Shown here piece after piece: positions 62,258-64,000 of a stretch of 64,000 bases of DNA (position 1 is its first letter; every line of letters begins with the position of its first letter). Position numbers and translations under genes: made by a program. The notes below the pieces were generated by a model. That model did no database searches. It worked only from the letters and a program-made list of their open reading frames with translations, and was not told the DNA's origin. The DNA lies in assembly GCA_944371955.1 (NCBI GenBank), contig CALVYB010000001.1, positions 422-64,421 on the forward strand. The letters are read 5' to 3'. This stretch comes from an uncultured Bacilli bacterium. GTDB lineage: Bacteria; Bacillota_I; Bacilli_A; RF39; UBA660.

Positions 62258-63577
62258 CTATATAAGTTCTTTTAAAATTTGATTTAATTCCTCTTCCTCT
62301 TCTGGCGAAGTTTCTTGGTTTTCCAAATTTTTATCAAACCAAGCTGGAAGATTACCTTCTTTTTGCGTTTTAGAAGTGGTTTTAATTTTCTTTTTCTCAA
62401 CTACTTTCTTCATTTTTTTATGCTCTTTCTCCGCAACCTTCATCGCCTCTTCAACTGTTTCAATATTAAGACGCTTCCATTGACCAGCAATCGTCTCTAC
62501 ATAACTTTTCTTCAACTGCTCATGATTAATTTTTAATACATAAGATATAAGAACATTAACAACTCCTGGATTTAACTTTTGATCAATTAATAGATTTTCA
62601 ATTAACCGTTTATCTCGATCAGTCGGCTCAGCTCCTTTATATTTAGCCTTTAAAAACTGATATGGAGTTAAATTTTCAAAAGCATATACCATTTTCGCCC
62701 ATTTAGAATGATCTCCTTCTGGTTTCTTTAAATACTCTGGCTGCTTATTATAAATAACCGTAGGTAAATTTCCTGTATGTTCAAATTGATAGTACTCTCT
62801 AGCGTTCTTTCGAAGTAAATTCTTATCAACAAGCCCTTTTTCATTTAAAGAGTCCCGTACTAACCCTTGCATAGCTAAGGTATCTAATTGATAAGTAAAA
62901 CTAAGAGCATTAATTAACTCTTTAACGTCTTTAGAAAAACATCTTTCATGAACCATACTAGAAGGAATACTAGAAATTAACATATTAAAATCTATACTCT
63001 TCTCCAACAAAGGCCGACCAACTTCTCTTTGCCTAACTTCATTACTACCTTCAAGAACACTACCTCGAGCGGAAATAAACACCTGATCAAAACTAGATGT
63101 GATATTCTCATAACCATTCAAGTTAATATATGGAACTTTAAAATAATTGACAATACGTTCATACTCTTTTTTACCAAGATTATTATATAAAACTATATTT
63201 AAAATAGGATGATTCAAAAACTCATAAGCTGACAAAGGAGAATAAATAAGGTACACATATTGATTAATGTTACCTGACTTAAAATATGTCTTTAACAATC
63301 CACAACCCTCTAATTTTTCTCTAGCAACAACAATATCATCTAATTTAAGCTGCATTGTAGCCATTAAATGATGATGAGTTACATCATGACTCATAAGTTC
63401 AGCTTTATCCAAATCATCAAGTAAAGTAAAATATAAAGATACCGCAGTATAACCAATAATTGGTTGATATAACATACTAATAAGTTTACGATCACTATCA
63501 TGAATTACTGTCTTGTTAATTACCGTATATGTATCAGCTGGTAAAATCGTCTTATTCTTCACTTCGTCCACCACCAT
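62258..63577 (-). CDS. dnaB: replication initiation and membrane attachment protein (Bacillus DnaB-type, DnaB_2 domain)
   Basis: Start set at ATG 63575..63577 (MVVDEV...). 'SMLYQPIIGYTAVSLYFTLL' N-terminal domain. C-terminal DnaB_2/DnaD-like region 'KQPEYLKKPEGDHSKWAKMVYAFENLTPYQFL'. The tracked upstream extension would overlap the next gene. Confidence 0.65.
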   Translation of the reverse strand: MVVDEVKNKTILPADTYTVINKTVIHDSDRKLISMLYQPIIGYTAVSLYFTLLDDLDKAELMSHDVTHHHLMATMQLKLDDIVVAREKLEGCGLLKTYFKSGNINQYVYLIYSPLSAYEFLNHPILNIVLYNNLGKKEYERIVNYFKVPYINLNGYENITSSFDQVFISARGSVLEGSNEVRQREVGRPLLEKSIDFNMLISSIPSSMVHERCFSKDVKELINALSFTYQLDTLAMQGLVRDSLNEKGLVDKNLLRKNAREYYQFEHTGNLPTVIYNKQPEYLKKPEGDHSKWAKMVYAFENLTPYQFLKAKYKGAEPTDRDKRLIENLLIDQKLNPGVVNVLISYVLKINHEQLKKSYVETIAGQWKRLNIETVEEAMKVAEKEHKKMKKVVEKKKIKTTSKTQKEGNLPAWFDKNLENQETSPEEEEELNQILKELI

Positions 63578-63623
63578 TAAATATCGTACACTACTTTCAA
63601 AAAAAAAGAAAGATTTTTCTTTC

Positions 63624-64000
63624 TCAAAAACCAAGTAGTGCAACCAACACCTCTGGAGTAAGTTTAATAAAATACAAAAAGGTAAACGCAAGAAGTAAAA
63701 ATGGTCCAAAAGGAATCATTTTTTCTTTGTTTTTATACAATAAAAATAAAGACATTGGCAAAGCAAAAACACTTCCCAAAAATATTGCAACAGTACCTAA
63801 AAGAGGATCTAAAACAAGTCCAAACACAAACATCATTTTAACATCCCCACCACCGAGACTTTCCTTTTTTAAACTTTTTTCTCCCAACCACATAATTGCG
63901 TACATTAAAGAAAAAAGAAAAACTCCAGTAAAAATATGTTTTAAAGTATCTATAGCACCCACAGACAAAAACTGAACAATAATAAAATAAATAGAAAAAA
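63624..64000 (-). CDS. prepilin peptidase (A24 family), 3' portion; N-terminus lies beyond the window end
   Basis: Frame is open to position 64000. C-terminal motifs 'GGGDVKMMFVFGLVL' and 'IPFGPFLLLA' are typical of PilD/ComC-type peptidases. Confidence 0.7.
   Translation of the reverse strand, partial: FSIYFIIVQFLSVGAIDTLKHIFTGVFLFSLMYAIMWLGEKSLKKESLGGGDVKMMFVFGLVLDPLLGTVAIFLGSVFALPMSLFLLYKNKEKMIPFGPFLLLAFTFLYFIKLTPEVLVALLGF

Overview
This 64 kb window is an AT-rich (about 28-30% GC) chromosomal segment that looks like a low-GC Firmicutes (Bacillota) genome, possibly Erysipelotrichia-like. It reads with the standard code and genes are mostly on the minus strand. Housekeeping blocks: pfkB-family kinase and Smr protein; ppdK, trxA, a CvpA-family protein and rnhC; the heat-shock operon hrcA-grpE-dnaK-pepF-dnaJ with two CIRCE operators over a consensus sigma-A promoter; rsmD with a ylbF-like gene; parE-parC; recD2 and mtaB; an OmpR/histidine-kinase two-component pair; helD; a PGM/PMM; a ZIP transporter, uppP, a DUF368 protein, a CBS-domain family II pyrophosphatase, an HD hydrolase and a DnaB-type replication-initiation protein. 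There are three IS elements: an IS30-family transposase cut by the window start; an IS3-family element (orfA/orfB) inserted into the loop of the rnhC terminator hairpin; and an IS256-family element with a perfect 8-bp target-site duplication inserted into the A-tract of a bidirectional terminator. The most unusual content is a set of dispersed type IV pilin-like ('modular pilin') genes: a 733-aa pilin fused to tandem Cys-containing Ig-like repeats; a 577-aa pilin-like protein with a Gly-rich domain and a C-terminal ricin-B (QxW) lectin; and a pilin with a roughly 400-aa C-terminal domain interrupted at a G6 tract and apparently lacking an ATG start. A prepilin peptidase gene is cut by the window end. 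Other features of note are a rubredoxin-fused [FeFe]-hydrogenase, a minus-strand operon of kinase-like protein, DUF3267 zincin and CPBP protease, two patches of higher GC (a Sel1-repeat protein and a pair of hypotheticals), and three homopolymer-associated frameshifts. No rRNA, tRNA or CRISPR array was recognised.
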